Virus record (IMG/VR): IMGVR_UViG_3300042561_001378
Span: 1 to 64,000 of that record
Source: a virus
Reading direction: 5' to 3' (one strand)
DNA: 64,000 nt
The notes beneath the pieces are model-generated. The model ran no database searches, was not told where the DNA came from, and saw only the letters and a program-made list of their open reading frames with translations. Shown here one piece after another: positions 37,910 through 47,553 of the stretch (within the stretch, counting starts at the first letter, position 1; every line of letters begins with the position of its first letter). A program made the translations under genes and the position numbers.

Positions 37910-39435
37910 TACTGCACCCCCACGGTAGGTTGACCAGGTGTAGCCGCAGATAGACCCAGTGTACCACCAACCAACGGCTCACCCTGGCCTGCCACTGCTT
38001 CCATTTCTTCAGTATAAACGCCCAATTCTTTGCGTTTCACGTCGTATTCAGCTTTGTTCAAGGCTCCGGCCAAGAACTCACTCTGCCAGAACATCAACTC
38101 TTGGGCCGTCGGCGGGGTTGAGAGCACTGATTCAGATATGGTGATGCCACCCACAGGATTTTCAGGGCTCCAGTCAGGGTTACTAAATCGTTCCCACAGG
38201 TCAAAAACTGACTGCACTGCTGATTCCTTACGGCGGGCGATATTGCGTAGACCCAACCGGGATTGGATAGTTTCGATCTCAGCCTCCGTCGCAGTTCTGG
38301 CGATCGTGCCATTGCTCAAAAAAGCCTGGGCCATATCATCCATCGCCGCTAACCGATCCCGTTGCCCTTCCCGAGTGGAGGCGATCGCAGTCCCAGCGGG
38401 CTCCAGTAGGTTGAGCGATGCCCCACCCGCTAACGTAATCACCCGACCACTCCCGGCTAGGTCTGGCTCCTTCTCCGGGGCCGCGCCAGGGTACGATTTC
38501 ACTAGCATGGCGTAGTTGCAACGGTCTTCAGCCGTGTTGAGGCTGCTGTGCTTGTTAAAAAACTCTAGGTTGAAATCAACCAGGGGCATGTACTCAGGAG
38601 TCCCGCCCCGGTCATTGTCATTGTCCACGCCAGCAAATAACAGCGGATCCCCATAGGGCGAATACCATACCAGGGGCACTCGGGGCAGGGGACGGCCAGA
38701 AGCGTCGAAGATGGGGCTAGGAGGCTTAGTCTGCATCAACTCACTGCCCAGCCCCTTTGCAGCCCTGGGAACATCTTCCCATTCTTCATACAGGCATTGG
38801 TAGCGCTGTTCAGCCCCACCGGGTAGCCGGATAGGGGTGCCTAGCTGCTCCAGCGAAAAGACCCAGTACCGATTCCGCACGGTGTACCCAAACCGGCCCT
38901 CTGGCACCGACACAGACCGCCGGATACTGATGAGCGATATCTCTAGGTGGCCATCAACCAGCATAGTCTGAGGGGCACACACATCCCGCAGGTTGATCGG
39001 GATAAACCGGGGGCGTCGTGCCTGGCGTTGCTCGTCGCGGCTCTCCGCTGGGGGAGTATCGACCAGGCCCAGAACGCCGTTGTAAAGCAAGGCCTCAATG
39101 TCCCAATCCAACAACACCGACTCCAGACTATTCCCCTGGCCGTCGAAGTCGTCTCGGGCATCTAGCACCGCCTGGGGTACATCGTCGTCGAGGACAAATT
39201 CACTGAGCAAACCAGAGTGGGCCTTGACGGCGGGGCTCAGTTTATTGGCAAAGGCCACTGATTCAATCCGGGCCTCATAAACCTTGTCGTGCTCGCCCAA
39301 CTGCTGCCGTAGGTAACGACGCTTCAGCTCGTCAGTGTGAAGACCATGGTAAACGTCCCCCAGTCGGAGCCATAGGGGGCTCAAATATGTTTGCCAATAC
39401 GAGGGCCGCCAGTCTGGTTGGTCTGTTTTTGCCAT
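37909..39435 (-). CDS. Portal protein (DUF4055-like)
   Basis: YL.Q..GE…YEAR, D.DGQG.SL, LVD.P, RTATEA; follows TerL. Confidence 0.85.
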   Translation of the reverse strand: MAKTDQPDWRPSYWQTYLSPLWLRLGDVYHGLHTDELKRRYLRQQLGEHDKVYEARIESVAFANKLSPAVKAHSGLLSEFVLDDDVPQAVLDARDDFDGQGNSLESVLLDWDIEALLYNGVLGLVDTPPAESRDEQRQARRPRFIPINLRDVCAPQTMLVDGHLEISLISIRRSVSVPEGRFGYTVRNRYWVFSLEQLGTPIRLPGGAEQRYQCLYEEWEDVPRAAKGLGSELMQTKPPSPIFDASGRPLPRVPLVWYSPYGDPLLFAGVDNDNDRGGTPEYMPLVDFNLEFFNKHSSLNTAEDRCNYAMLVKSYPGAAPEKEPDLAGSGRVITLAGGASLNLLEPAGTAIASTREGQRDRLAAMDDMAQAFLSNGTIARTATEAEIETIQSRLGLRNIARRKESAVQSVFDLWERFSNPDWSPENPVGGITISESVLSTPPTAQELMFWQSEFLAGALNKAEYDVKRKELGVYTEEMEAVAGQGEPLVGGTLGLSAATPGQPTVGVQ

Positions 39436-39452
39436 GGCCGTATTCTAGCCCA

Positions 39453-40910
39453 TCACCACATCGCGGAAGCACCGAGAGAGATCCGGCCCTCAACGATAGA
39501 ATCCATCACTGCAAATGCCATCGCCATCGCCATCACTCGGTCATCATGGCCTGTTTCTGCCTTCCGTTCTCGCAATGAGAATGCCTTCATCTCCCGAATC
39601 CCTTCCCAGTCTTTCGGGTAGATGGCCTCGCCCCGTTCCACAGCGATCGCAATGCGGTCAGTGTTAGTCACCTTAGAGACTGGGCTAGTGTTGATGTTCT
39701 CAAACCGGGTCAAGGGTCGCTGTTTACTCAGGTTCTCCAGCACTACCTTTCCGCCGCTGTTGCCCTCCACCGCTACCAGCAAGGGTTTGTAGCGATCGCA
39801 GTAGTCCATGGTAGCAGTCATGCTCAACTCCACCGACCGCTGGCCCTCGGCGTACTCTGCCACCAGACTAGGTACTCCATGGGTAATGTCCCAGACCTGC
39901 GCCACAAACCTATCATCGCCGCCGAAGTTAGGGTCTACGCCCATCACATACCGGTGCCCTGACACTGGCCCCGCCCAGGCTCCCATGGCCTGCGCGTCAA
40001 CCGCCGCCGTGTTGAACAATTTCCCGCCAGTGCTGTCGTCAAAGGATATGTTAAATTCTCGTTGGGTCTGGGCTTCGGTGATCCGCTGTTTCTCCCGAAC
40101 CTCAATCAAGTAGTTGTCATTTTTCCCATGCAGCGGGTGAGCACGCCAATGGATGATCGCCTTACCCCAGCCCTGTTCATCAACCCATTCTTGGTAGGGC
40201 TCAATCAGTTCTTCCCGCATCTGGCGGCAAATATCTAGGGCATCCACGTCCCCGTTATTTTCAGTAAATGTCTCATAGTAAAGCCCTGTTTTGGCGTTAG
40301 GGGTGCTCAGCAAAATAGTGTGAGCCTGGCCTTGTTGCTCCGGCACCGACTGCGCCGGAGTGCTAGCCCCAAACAGCTCCTCAAACCCCGACACAAAGGC
40401 GCACTCGTCAAATAAAATATCCCAGATTGATTCCAGGCCCCGCCCACTGTTCTGGCTAGCGGTGCGAAACACAATCCGCCCCCCGCCCTCCACGGCGATG
40501 TCCTTCACGTTGTTGCTAGATAGCGGGATTCCAGCACTCGCTGCCATCAACCGTACCCGTCGGGCAATGTTGGCCGTATCGTCCTGGCCCTTACTGAATA
40601 CCGCTGCAAAGTAGGTCGGGTACATGCAGGCTTTATGCAAAAACTTACTGGCGACCATCTCAGTCAAACCATGCTGTCTCGGCTTGACGATGACCACACC
40701 CCGGCATCGGTCTATCAGGTCACTAATGCTCGCCTGGAATGAGTACGGGTCAAACGGCACCATCCTTGTTCCCGACCGAATACGGGTCAGTCGGGCAAAG
40801 CTGGGCCAGTCTTTTGGGATGTGGGCCAGGTGGGAGGGCACAGTTTGCAGCGATCGCCGTCGTCGCAGTTCAAGCTCAGCCCTTGCCCTGGTCGCTAAAT
40901 CAGCCACCAT
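39453..40910 (-). CDS. terL: Terminase large subunit
   Basis: KPRQHGLT Walker A, ILFDECAF Walker B, STP, GVDP and HDDRVMA nuclease motifs. Confidence 0.95.
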   Translation of the reverse strand: MVADLATRARAELELRRRRSLQTVPSHLAHIPKDWPSFARLTRIRSGTRMVPFDPYSFQASISDLIDRCRGVVIVKPRQHGLTEMVASKFLHKACMYPTYFAAVFSKGQDDTANIARRVRLMAASAGIPLSSNNVKDIAVEGGGRIVFRTASQNSGRGLESIWDILFDECAFVSGFEELFGASTPAQSVPEQQGQAHTILLSTPNAKTGLYYETFTENNGDVDALDICRQMREELIEPYQEWVDEQGWGKAIIHWRAHPLHGKNDNYLIEVREKQRITEAQTQREFNISFDDSTGGKLFNTAAVDAQAMGAWAGPVSGHRYVMGVDPNFGGDDRFVAQVWDITHGVPSLVAEYAEGQRSVELSMTATMDYCDRYKPLLVAVEGNSGGKVVLENLSKQRPLTRFENINTSPVSKVTNTDRIAIAVERGEAIYPKDWEGIREMKAFSLRERKAETGHDDRVMAMAMAFAVMDSIVEGRISLGASAMW

Positions 40911-41397
40911 TGGCTAACTTCTCCAGTGCAGCGTCTGGCAGGTTGCTGATGTCGATAACTTCCTGTCGTTCGGTGGCCAGGCCCTCGGTCATGCGTTCAA
41001 TATCGATCGCAACCTTGGCCAGGCTCAGAACGTCCCCTGGCTTAAGCCCTGTTGGGGTATCAGCTTCCTGCTTCTTCCGTATCAACACCAGCTCCCGTTG
41101 GGCGATCGCGCCCATCAACTTAGCGAGGCCAGCATGGCGGGTGAGCATCTCGGCAGCGTCGATGATTTTCTGGGCCTGAGCAACGGTAGCCTGAACGTTA
41201 GGTACAGTCCCTGCCAGTGTACCTAGATTCTCTCTGTAGCGCTTCCGCTGATCTGGCCAATCCTCTTGACTGGCACGGTTTCTAAGGCTTGAGTACGCAG
41301 GTGCTCCGGTGTACTTTGACAGCCGTTTATAGTCCAGGTCATCAGGCCCCTGAACAAACTGATCGCGCCAAATCTTCCAGTTAACTTTTGCTGCCAT
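40900..41397 (-). CDS. terS: Terminase small subunit
   Basis: N-terminal HTH-like region, overlaps terL start. Confidence 0.7.
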   Translation of the reverse strand: MAAKVNWKIWRDQFVQGPDDLDYKRLSKYTGAPAYSSLRNRASQEDWPDQRKRYRENLGTLAGTVPNVQATVAQAQKIIDAAEMLTRHAGLAKLMGAIAQRELVLIRKKQEADTPTGLKPGDVLSLAKVAIDIERMTEGLATERQEVIDISNLPDAALEKLANGG

Positions 41398-41630
41398 CGC
41401 TCAATAATAACAACCCTCCACCCGGTAGCGTATCGTGGGGGATACCTAATCCGCCATAGAAACACGAAACCCCCGGCACTATTGCAGCCGGGGGTCGGTG
41501 CCTGAGCTCGCGTCACTGGCCGGAGGACTGTGTGGTTGGTGGAGCGGGGCAGCCTCGCCGCTTGTGTTCTTATTATGGCATTCCTGGCCCACCAATAGGT
41601 AAAGCCAGGATAAAGTTTCTGTAAAGATAA

Positions 41631-41813
41631 TTAGCTCCTGAACCGGTCAATGTTTCGGAACGATCGGCCTGTAGCTGGGTCGATTCTACGCGCTGCCGCC
41701 GTTTGTGCCCTACGGCCCGCCGCTGTTGATGTGATAGTTTCTCTGGCACTACCGCCACCGCTGCCTCTTCTCCCGCCGCCGCTTCTACCGCCGCCTCCGC
41801 CGCCTCCAGCCAT
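41631..41813 (-). CDS. 60-aa Gly/Arg-rich basic peptide
   Basis: MAGGGGGGGRSGGGRRGSGGG…; starts 2 nt after rSAM stop, AAGGA upstream. Confidence 0.65.
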   Translation of the reverse strand: MAGGGGGGGRSGGGRRGSGGGSARETITSTAAGRRAQTAAARRIDPATGRSFRNIDRFRS

Positions 41814-41815
41814 GA

Positions 41816-43045
41816 TCATAAGTCCTTTACGATTTTGTTCCATTCTAAGCTAGGGTTCCCATTCCAGACCAGCACCGGATACCCATTCTCGTCTACCCAG
41901 TCCTCACCCTCTGGCGTTACCGCATACTGTAGTCCAAGGTTGCGACCGGGGCTAAACTTTATCCGTGAATCTTGCCATGCCATTCTCAGGATATCGGCGT
42001 AGGTTTTCTTATGATCCCACTTCTCCCCGTCCTCATTAGCGATCGTCATGCATAGGTTGTAGTTCGTGCTGCAAATATAGTGCCCAGTTTGGTGCGCGCC
42101 GGCTGGCATACTAGGCGATAGCCAGTCTACAAAGTCGTCAACGGTCAGGATAGCCCCAGGCTCAAGGTAGTCGCAACAGGCATTAACAAAATCCTGCATG
42201 GTGGGAAATGTTTTTTCGTAGCATTCATGAAATGGAGCAAAAAAGTCTGAGCGTCGGCATTGATTCATCACGAACGGGTTAAGGCCACGCTCGCAGGCTT
42301 CGTCAGCTACCCAGTTCACGTAATCTACATCGGTCGGGTCTGCCTTTTTGCCAGAGGCCCGCTTGATGAGTTTGGGGTCTAGGGCTTCTATTTCCTTGGG
42401 CTTTAGCTTGCGGGTTTGGTTGCTGTTGAGGTGTAGTTCTTGCAGCCAAACACCATGCACGCCAGCGGCCTTAAGCCGGTCTAGCTGGGCCTCCTCATCC
42501 TTGCACCATTCAGGAACGCATGGGTTCCAACCCACCACCACCTGATGGCCCTTGCTGCGGAGTAGGGCGATTAGTTCAAGCCGCTCAGTGATGCTGGGAG
42601 CCCCAGGGGCGATCTTTTTCACCAATTCGTCTTGATCGCTCTCGATGGTGATGTAGAAAACGGTGGGGGTTTTCAGTAAGTCAAGGGCTTTATCAATGCC
42701 CCGCCCGCCCTTAGTCTGGATAGCCACGGGTACCCCTAGCTCACACATCACCTCGAGTACTGGCAAGAATTGGCGATAGTTGCTGACAGCGAAGGGGTCT
42801 ACCCGATTGCTCACTAACACGGGGTAACCCTGTTGCAGCAACGTGGCGGTTAAGGTAGATCGCTCCCGGTACGTGGCCAGCATATTCATGGTGGCGGGGA
42901 TGTCTGCGCGGCGATTGCGCTTGTTGAGGTTTGCGAAACAGTAGGCACAGGCGGCGGAGCAATAGTTAAAACTCAGCTCTAAAGGGATTGGTGAGACTAG
43001 AAACTCACCATAGAAGGGGGTGAATGTATCGCCAGTTTGGGCCAT
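41816..43045 (-). CDS. Radical SAM protein (SPL-like)
   Basis: CSAACAYCFA CxxxCxxC, DPF, IQTKG, APS..ERL. Confidence 0.88.
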   Translation of the reverse strand: MAQTGDTFTPFYGEFLVSPIPLELSFNYCSAACAYCFANLNKRNRRADIPATMNMLATYRERSTLTATLLQQGYPVLVSNRVDPFAVSNYRQFLPVLEVMCELGVPVAIQTKGGRGIDKALDLLKTPTVFYITIESDQDELVKKIAPGAPSITERLELIALLRSKGHQVVVGWNPCVPEWCKDEEAQLDRLKAAGVHGVWLQELHLNSNQTRKLKPKEIEALDPKLIKRASGKKADPTDVDYVNWVADEACERGLNPFVMNQCRRSDFFAPFHECYEKTFPTMQDFVNACCDYLEPGAILTVDDFVDWLSPSMPAGAHQTGHYICSTNYNLCMTIANEDGEKWDHKKTYADILRMAWQDSRIKFSPGRNLGLQYAVTPEGEDWVDENGYPVLVWNGNPSLEWNKIVKDL

Positions 43046-43656
43046 TACACCTCACCCCGCATAAGCTTAAGAAATGCCGCCTTGTCAGAACCTGCCCCGA
43101 TTGATTCTTTAATGATATTCCACTCTTTGATCTCGCTGCTACTGAGCACGATCGCCAGTGGAGTCCCACCCTCGCTGATGGCAAAAACATCCTCATCGTC
43201 CGGGGTGAATCGGGATGTAGATGTATCGGCATCTACGCCCCACCCCTCGATCTCATCCGACGTGAACCATGGCGTCAGGTCAAGTTCTTCGCCAATTTCA
43301 GCCAGGGCATCGGTATCCCAATCGCTCAAATCAGACGCCCGGTTATCGGCGATCGCATAGCTCTTCCAGTCCTTCTCATCCAGGTCATCGGCCACCACTA
43401 CCACCAGCTCATCGGCGCGGCGTTCGATGATTCGCACTTTGTCAATACCAATCTGCCCAGCCTCCTCCAGGGTGCCGTTGCCTGCCCGGACGATGATCCG
43501 CCCATCGGGTAGGCGCTGACCTACCAGGCTCCGCAATGGGCCAAACTTTTGCAGCGACTCCTTAATCATGTAACTGCTGCGCTCAGTCCGTACCCTGGCG
43601 TTTTGCGGGTCAAACTCTACTGCGGAGATGGGGAGAACATTGTCAGAGTCAGCCAT
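43045..43656 (-). CDS. ParB-like N-terminal domain protein
   Basis: DPQNAR…SLQKFG…AGNGTLEEA…IADNR..D.S.WD. Confidence 0.8.
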   Translation of the reverse strand: MADSDNVLPISAVEFDPQNARVRTERSSYMIKESLQKFGPLRSLVGQRLPDGRIIVRAGNGTLEEAGQIGIDKVRIIERRADELVVVVADDLDEKDWKSYAIADNRASDLSDWDTDALAEIGEELDLTPWFTSDEIEGWGVDADTSTSRFTPDDEDVFAISEGGTPLAIVLSSSEIKEWNIIKESIGAGSDKAAFLKLMRGEV

Positions 43657-43811
43657 GGGCTACCTAAGAATAAAGGCCCTGAGTACGCAGGGCCGGAGTG
43701 CTCTTGTCCGTCGCTCTGGGGTCTGCTCCAGAAACAACGACTCCATTCTATCAGCCAGGATCTCGCGGGACTACTGTAATGACACCAGTACAAAGTAGTA
43801 CAGAATGGTTC

Positions 43812-43841
43812 TTGACAGTTACGAAAGGTGTTTGTTATAGT
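43812..43841 (+). promoter_or_regulatory. Conserved sigma70 promoter, copy 3
   Basis: TTGACA-GTTACGAAAGGTGTTTGT-TATAGT. Confidence 0.8.
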
Positions 43842-43872
43842 GGTTACATACCACCGCAAAGGACACCGACCG

Positions 43873-44070
43873 ATGACTACTGCAATGCGCCAAACCATTT
43901 CTAATAACAGCAGCGCCACCATAACTACCGCTGCATCAACCAATAAATTCAGCATTCGCCTAGAAGACCGGCTAGACAATGAAACCCACACCGTCACTAT
44001 ATTTCACGCAGAAGAAGCCCGCCGCCTAGCCGCTGCCTTGCTGCTATGGGCTGACAACGCTGACGCCTAA
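43873..44070 (+). CDS. Small hypothetical protein
   Basis: AAGGA RBS after promoter. Confidence 0.6.
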   Translation: MTTAMRQTISNNSSATITTAASTNKFSIRLEDRLDNETHTVTIFHAEEARRLAAALLLWADNADA

Positions 44071-44078
44071 CCCACCCC

Positions 44079-44118
44079 GCCAGTTGGAGTAGAGGGGGTT
44101 CGATTCCCCCTCCTGGCA
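44079..44118 (+). other. tRNA 3'-half-like element (T-arm plus acceptor strand)
   Basis: GGGGG-TTCGATT-CCCCC-TCCTGGCA; no D or anticodon arm. Confidence 0.5.
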
Positions 44119-44167
44119 TCGCCCCACCCACTACACGGGGCCATTCACCACACTGAGGATTCACACC

Positions 44168-44530
44168 ATGACCGCATTTGAGATTTTCATGTACGCCGCT
44201 GCAATCCTGACCGTGCTGTGGCTCCGTGCTGAGCCCCAGACACCCACCCCGATCGCCGCCGCAATGGTGCTGCCAGTTGACGACCTTCCCACCCTGCCAA
44301 AGTTGCTGGCCCAGACCGAGGTGTTGACTGCCCGCTCGGTGCCAGCCGCCGCCGCTGAGATGGCTGCGCCGGTTGCGATCGTCCGGGTCGAGGTACCCAC
44401 ACCTGACTGGGCCAAGATGAGCGGCGCAGAGTTGCGCCGCGAATGCGCCAAAAGGAATATCGCATGGCGCAATGCCCACGGCACAGGTAAGCACTTGCTG
44501 AAAGGAGAAATGATCAAGGCCCTGTGCTAA
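44168..44530 (+). CDS. Membrane-anchored protein with SAP/HeH-like C-terminus
   Basis: N-terminal TM; DWAKMSGAELRRECAKRNI…KGEMIKAL. Confidence 0.6.
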   Translation: MTAFEIFMYAAAILTVLWLRAEPQTPTPIAAAMVLPVDDLPTLPKLLAQTEVLTARSVPAAAAEMAAPVAIVRVEVPTPDWAKMSGAELRRECAKRNIAWRNAHGTGKHLLKGEMIKALC

Positions 44531-44615
44531 GTCAAAACCTGGGGAGGTGACTAACCCAGGCTCACCCCGACCCTCACCCGAGGGGCACCCACCACCCCTA
44601 CTAGGACACCAACCG

Positions 44616-44894
44616 ATGACTAACGCAACCGCCCCGATCCAAACTGCAAGAGATTTCTACGCCCTCAATATTCCCACAACCAAGATTGCCAATATTAACC
44701 GTCAGCTAGAAGGCTACCCAATTGTCATAAGCCCATACATCTCCCAAGACGGCGGCGTGTGGAAGCTGTACGGATACGAGGCCAACAACCTGGGGAACAA
44801 GCAAGTCGCGTTTGCTAAGACCGTCAATGAATTAATGGAAACTGTCAACGACATGATCAACGCCAACGAAATTAGAATGCGGCCCTACGCCTAA
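44616..44894 (+). CDS. Hypothetical protein
   Basis: AGGA RBS; flanked by CCCTCACCCGAGGGGCACCCACCACCC repeats. Confidence 0.55.
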   Translation: MTNATAPIQTARDFYALNIPTTKIANINRQLEGYPIVISPYISQDGGVWKLYGYEANNLGNKQVAFAKTVNELMETVNDMINANEIRMRPYA

Positions 44895-44946
44895 CCCCCC
44901 GACCCTCACCCGAGGGGCACCCACCACCCACTACCAGGCCCACACC

Positions 44947-45168
44947 ATGATCGTTATCTGCCCCCATTGCCACTACAGCCCCTGCCACCGCCACGACAAG
45001 ACCAGGGCGGGCACCCAGCGGTGGATGTGCCCACAATGCCTCAAAGCCCACAGTGAGAGCTACAGGAAGGGGCGGCCTAGCCTTGGCGATCGAGCCATGA
45101 CTGCCGCTGAACGAATGCGGCGAAGTAGGGCCAACAGGGCCAAAAAGAAAGGTACTGAGGGGGGTTGA
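44947..45168 (+). CDS. InsA-like zinc-ribbon protein
   Basis: CPHC…GTQRWMCPQC; GRP..GDRAMTAAERMRRSR. Confidence 0.65.
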   Translation: MIVICPHCHYSPCHRHDKTRAGTQRWMCPQCLKAHSESYRKGRPSLGDRAMTAAERMRRSRANRAKKKGTEGG

Positions 45169-45194
45169 CAGTCACAAAAGGTGTGGGTTATTAT
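45165..45194 (+). promoter_or_regulatory. Conserved sigma70 promoter, copy 4
   Basis: TTGACA-GTCACAAAAGGTGTGGGT-TATTAT. Confidence 0.75.
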
Positions 45195-45223
45195 GGATGC
45201 ATACACCGCCTGGGAGGGCCTTT

Positions 45224-45484
45224 ATGACTACTGCAATCGCCGCCGCCAATTCTTACGACGATATCTGCCTCTGGATTAATCAGAAATGTGGCCTACAAAC
45301 CCTTTCTGATTACGTCAACCTTTCGCTGGCGGTCGTCCACGCTGGCCAAGGAGGCACCCCGGTACAAGACCTGATTGACCATGTATCAATCATGGCTGAA
45401 TGGCTGCCCGCCGAAGACCAGGCAATTTTCTCTATCGGGATTCTTGATCGATACCGGGATGGAATCCGGTCAATAGAATTTTAG
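45224..45484 (+). CDS. Hypothetical protein
   Basis: GGAGG RBS; terminator at 45510-45542. Confidence 0.6.
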   Translation: MTTAIAAANSYDDICLWINQKCGLQTLSDYVNLSLAVVHAGQGGTPVQDLIDHVSIMAEWLPAEDQAIFSIGILDRYRDGIRSIEF

Positions 45485-45542
45485 GGAAACCCGCAGCCCA
45501 TTAACTGACCACCCTCACCACCCCGGCGAGGGTGGTTTTTTA

Positions 45543-46427
45543 TTGCACATCAGGGGAGGGTCAGGGCCAGAATCTCACAGTAGAATCATAGGAGCATCTA
45601 CGCCCTACCCTTGCCCTGCCCTGAGATGCCCTGTGAGTCAGCCTACTCCATTATCTTTGGTCTTCGGCCCTGACTTTGGGGCCTCACACCGCCATCCTGA
45701 TGGAGCGGTACGGTATTGGCGCGATCGGCTGGCAGGCCATATCCGAGTTTTTAAGCCAGTAGTTGGCGGGGTGGAGCGCAATATGTTTGAGCTGGGCCGT
45801 CACCCTAGCTGCTGGCTGCGGATTGGCTGGGAGTCTGTGTCGGGCCACGAGCGGCAACGCACCAATGAGGAGGGCTACCCACTATTTGGCGCAATCAGCC
45901 GGGTGATGGTGACCATTGCCTGGGCCAGCGAAACAGACTACCCCTGGATTAGCCATAGTAAATGGCTCGTGATGCCGGGGGGCGTGTACGTGGGCAAAGA
46001 CGGCCACCGCGAATCTAGCACCGCCCGCAATGGGGTTTATCTCAATGGGCACAGGCTCAGCGATGGCGACAATCCTGAATCACTATTTGAGCCAGGGCAA
46101 CACGAAGCCTATCTGTCCCTGGGCAAAACCGGGCGGATCATTGTTGTGGATGGCCCCCTCGACGAACATAGCACCGGCTGGCCCGCGCAGATCTGGACTG
46201 GTGCCAATTGGCCTGATGGTGAGGCCGAAGAACCCAGCACCGACCTTACCCCGCAACGCATCCAAGTAGAGGGCCAGGTAGCAGCCGCGAAAGCTGACGT
46301 AACCGGGCGCACCATGGCAGACCTAGCCGCGATTGTGCTTTACGGCCCTGAAGGCGTGGATGCTCGCCTGTGGTGGGTATTCTGCGGAGTAGTCGGGGCT
46401 GTGGTGTTGTGGATCTTGGAGCGATAA
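45543..46427 (+). CDS. Hypothetical protein with C-terminal TM (start uncertain)
   Basis: Long ORF coupled (TAATG) to EAL gene. Confidence 0.55.
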   Translation: MHIRGGSGPESHSRIIGASTPYPCPALRCPVSQPTPLSLVFGPDFGASHRHPDGAVRYWRDRLAGHIRVFKPVVGGVERNMFELGRHPSCWLRIGWESVSGHERQRTNEEGYPLFGAISRVMVTIAWASETDYPWISHSKWLVMPGGVYVGKDGHRESSTARNGVYLNGHRLSDGDNPESLFEPGQHEAYLSLGKTGRIIVVDGPLDEHSTGWPAQIWTGANWPDGEAEEPSTDLTPQRIQVEGQVAAAKADVTGRTMADLAAIVLYGPEGVDARLWWVFCGVVGAVVLWILER

Positions 46428-47152
46428 TGCCTCACTCTTATAGATCCGTAAAAACAGCGATCCTCACTGGGGCAATCGGGCTGCATTATCAACCAATCCA
46501 CAGGCTGAGCGATGGGCAATTGCTAGGCTATGAGGCCCTGGCCCGGTGGGGTAATGTGCCGCCGCCACAAATCGCGGCCCTGGTTGAGGAGCACAGCTTA
46601 GAACTGCTCTGGGTACGTCGCCAGCTCCACGATATTGATAAAATCCTCACTGAAATTTATCCACCAATATGGATCAGCTTTAACTTAGATCAAAAGGTTT
46701 TAGCGATTGAATCGCTGCCCTACTTGCTCAACACCAGCCCTCACCAACTGGGCATCCACGTTGAGGTGTTGGAGTCCGTAAAACTGCACCCCCAGGCCGT
46801 CGCGGCCCTGAAAAAAATATCGCACAAGCATATCCTCAAAGCCGACGATATTGGCAGCCTAGATCATGCCTGGATTGATCGACTAATCGGGGAACACGCG
46901 GCCATTTTCCACGGCATCAAACTATGCCAAGGCTTGACCCGCAACATCCTGACCAACCCCCGGACGGCCATTGCGTGCAGAGTGTTTCTTGACCTGGCGC
47001 AATCGTGCCAACTGGAAACCATCGCAGAATGGGTTGAGTCTGAGGAACAAGCCCAGCAGCTTTTAGCCTGGGGCTGCGATGCGGGCCAGGGCAGCTTGTT
47101 TGGCCTAGCAAAACCCTGGGAGTATTGGCGGGAAAAGTACCACGGCCATTAA
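46427..47152 (+). CDS. Stand-alone EAL-domain c-di-GMP phosphodiesterase
   Basis: HYQPI, YEALARW, SFNL, VEVLE, ADDIG, IKL, AEWVE, GQG motifs. Confidence 0.9.
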   Translation: MPHSYRSVKTAILTGAIGLHYQPIHRLSDGQLLGYEALARWGNVPPPQIAALVEEHSLELLWVRRQLHDIDKILTEIYPPIWISFNLDQKVLAIESLPYLLNTSPHQLGIHVEVLESVKLHPQAVAALKKISHKHILKADDIGSLDHAWIDRLIGEHAAIFHGIKLCQGLTRNILTNPRTAIACRVFLDLAQSCQLETIAEWVESEEQAQQLLAWGCDAGQGSLFGLAKPWEYWREKYHGH

Positions 47153-47196
47153 AAAACCCCAGCCTCGGGGCCGGGGGTGCGCTCTTGGAGGGTGGC

Positions 47197-47460
47197 CTAG
47201 ACCTCGACGCCGGGGCCGTCGGGGGTGGGTTCGACGGCAGGGGCCGCGATGGGCTCAACGTAGATAGTTGGGATGGCGTCAACCAACCCTTGCAGCTCAA
47301 GCATAGCCGCGCTGTAGTCGGGTTCAGCCGGGGGGAGATCGATCAACTCTTGGATCTTCGCCTTTAACTCAGACACAGCGGCGTCAACTTGTTGCTGTTC
47401 TTGTGCAATCCGCTCAAACCCGGATTGCACAAGGGCCTTGTAGTCATCTAGAGTTGCCAT
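47197..47460 (-). CDS. Small coiled-coil protein
   Basis: MATLDDYKAL…. Confidence 0.5.
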   Translation of the reverse strand: MATLDDYKALVQSGFERIAQEQQQVDAAVSELKAKIQELIDLPPAEPDYSAAMLELQGLVDAIPTIYVEPIAAPAVEPTPDGPGVEV

Positions 47461-47553
47461 AATTTTTCTCAAAATTCCAGGGATTTGCCAGGGCCAAATA
47501 GGCATGGATCGTTACCAATGCCGACGCCCCTATTCTACGGTACTCCCACGAGA

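Noticed and set aside
44079-44118. Complete tRNA gene
   Set aside because: Only about 40 nt; lacks D and anticodon arms
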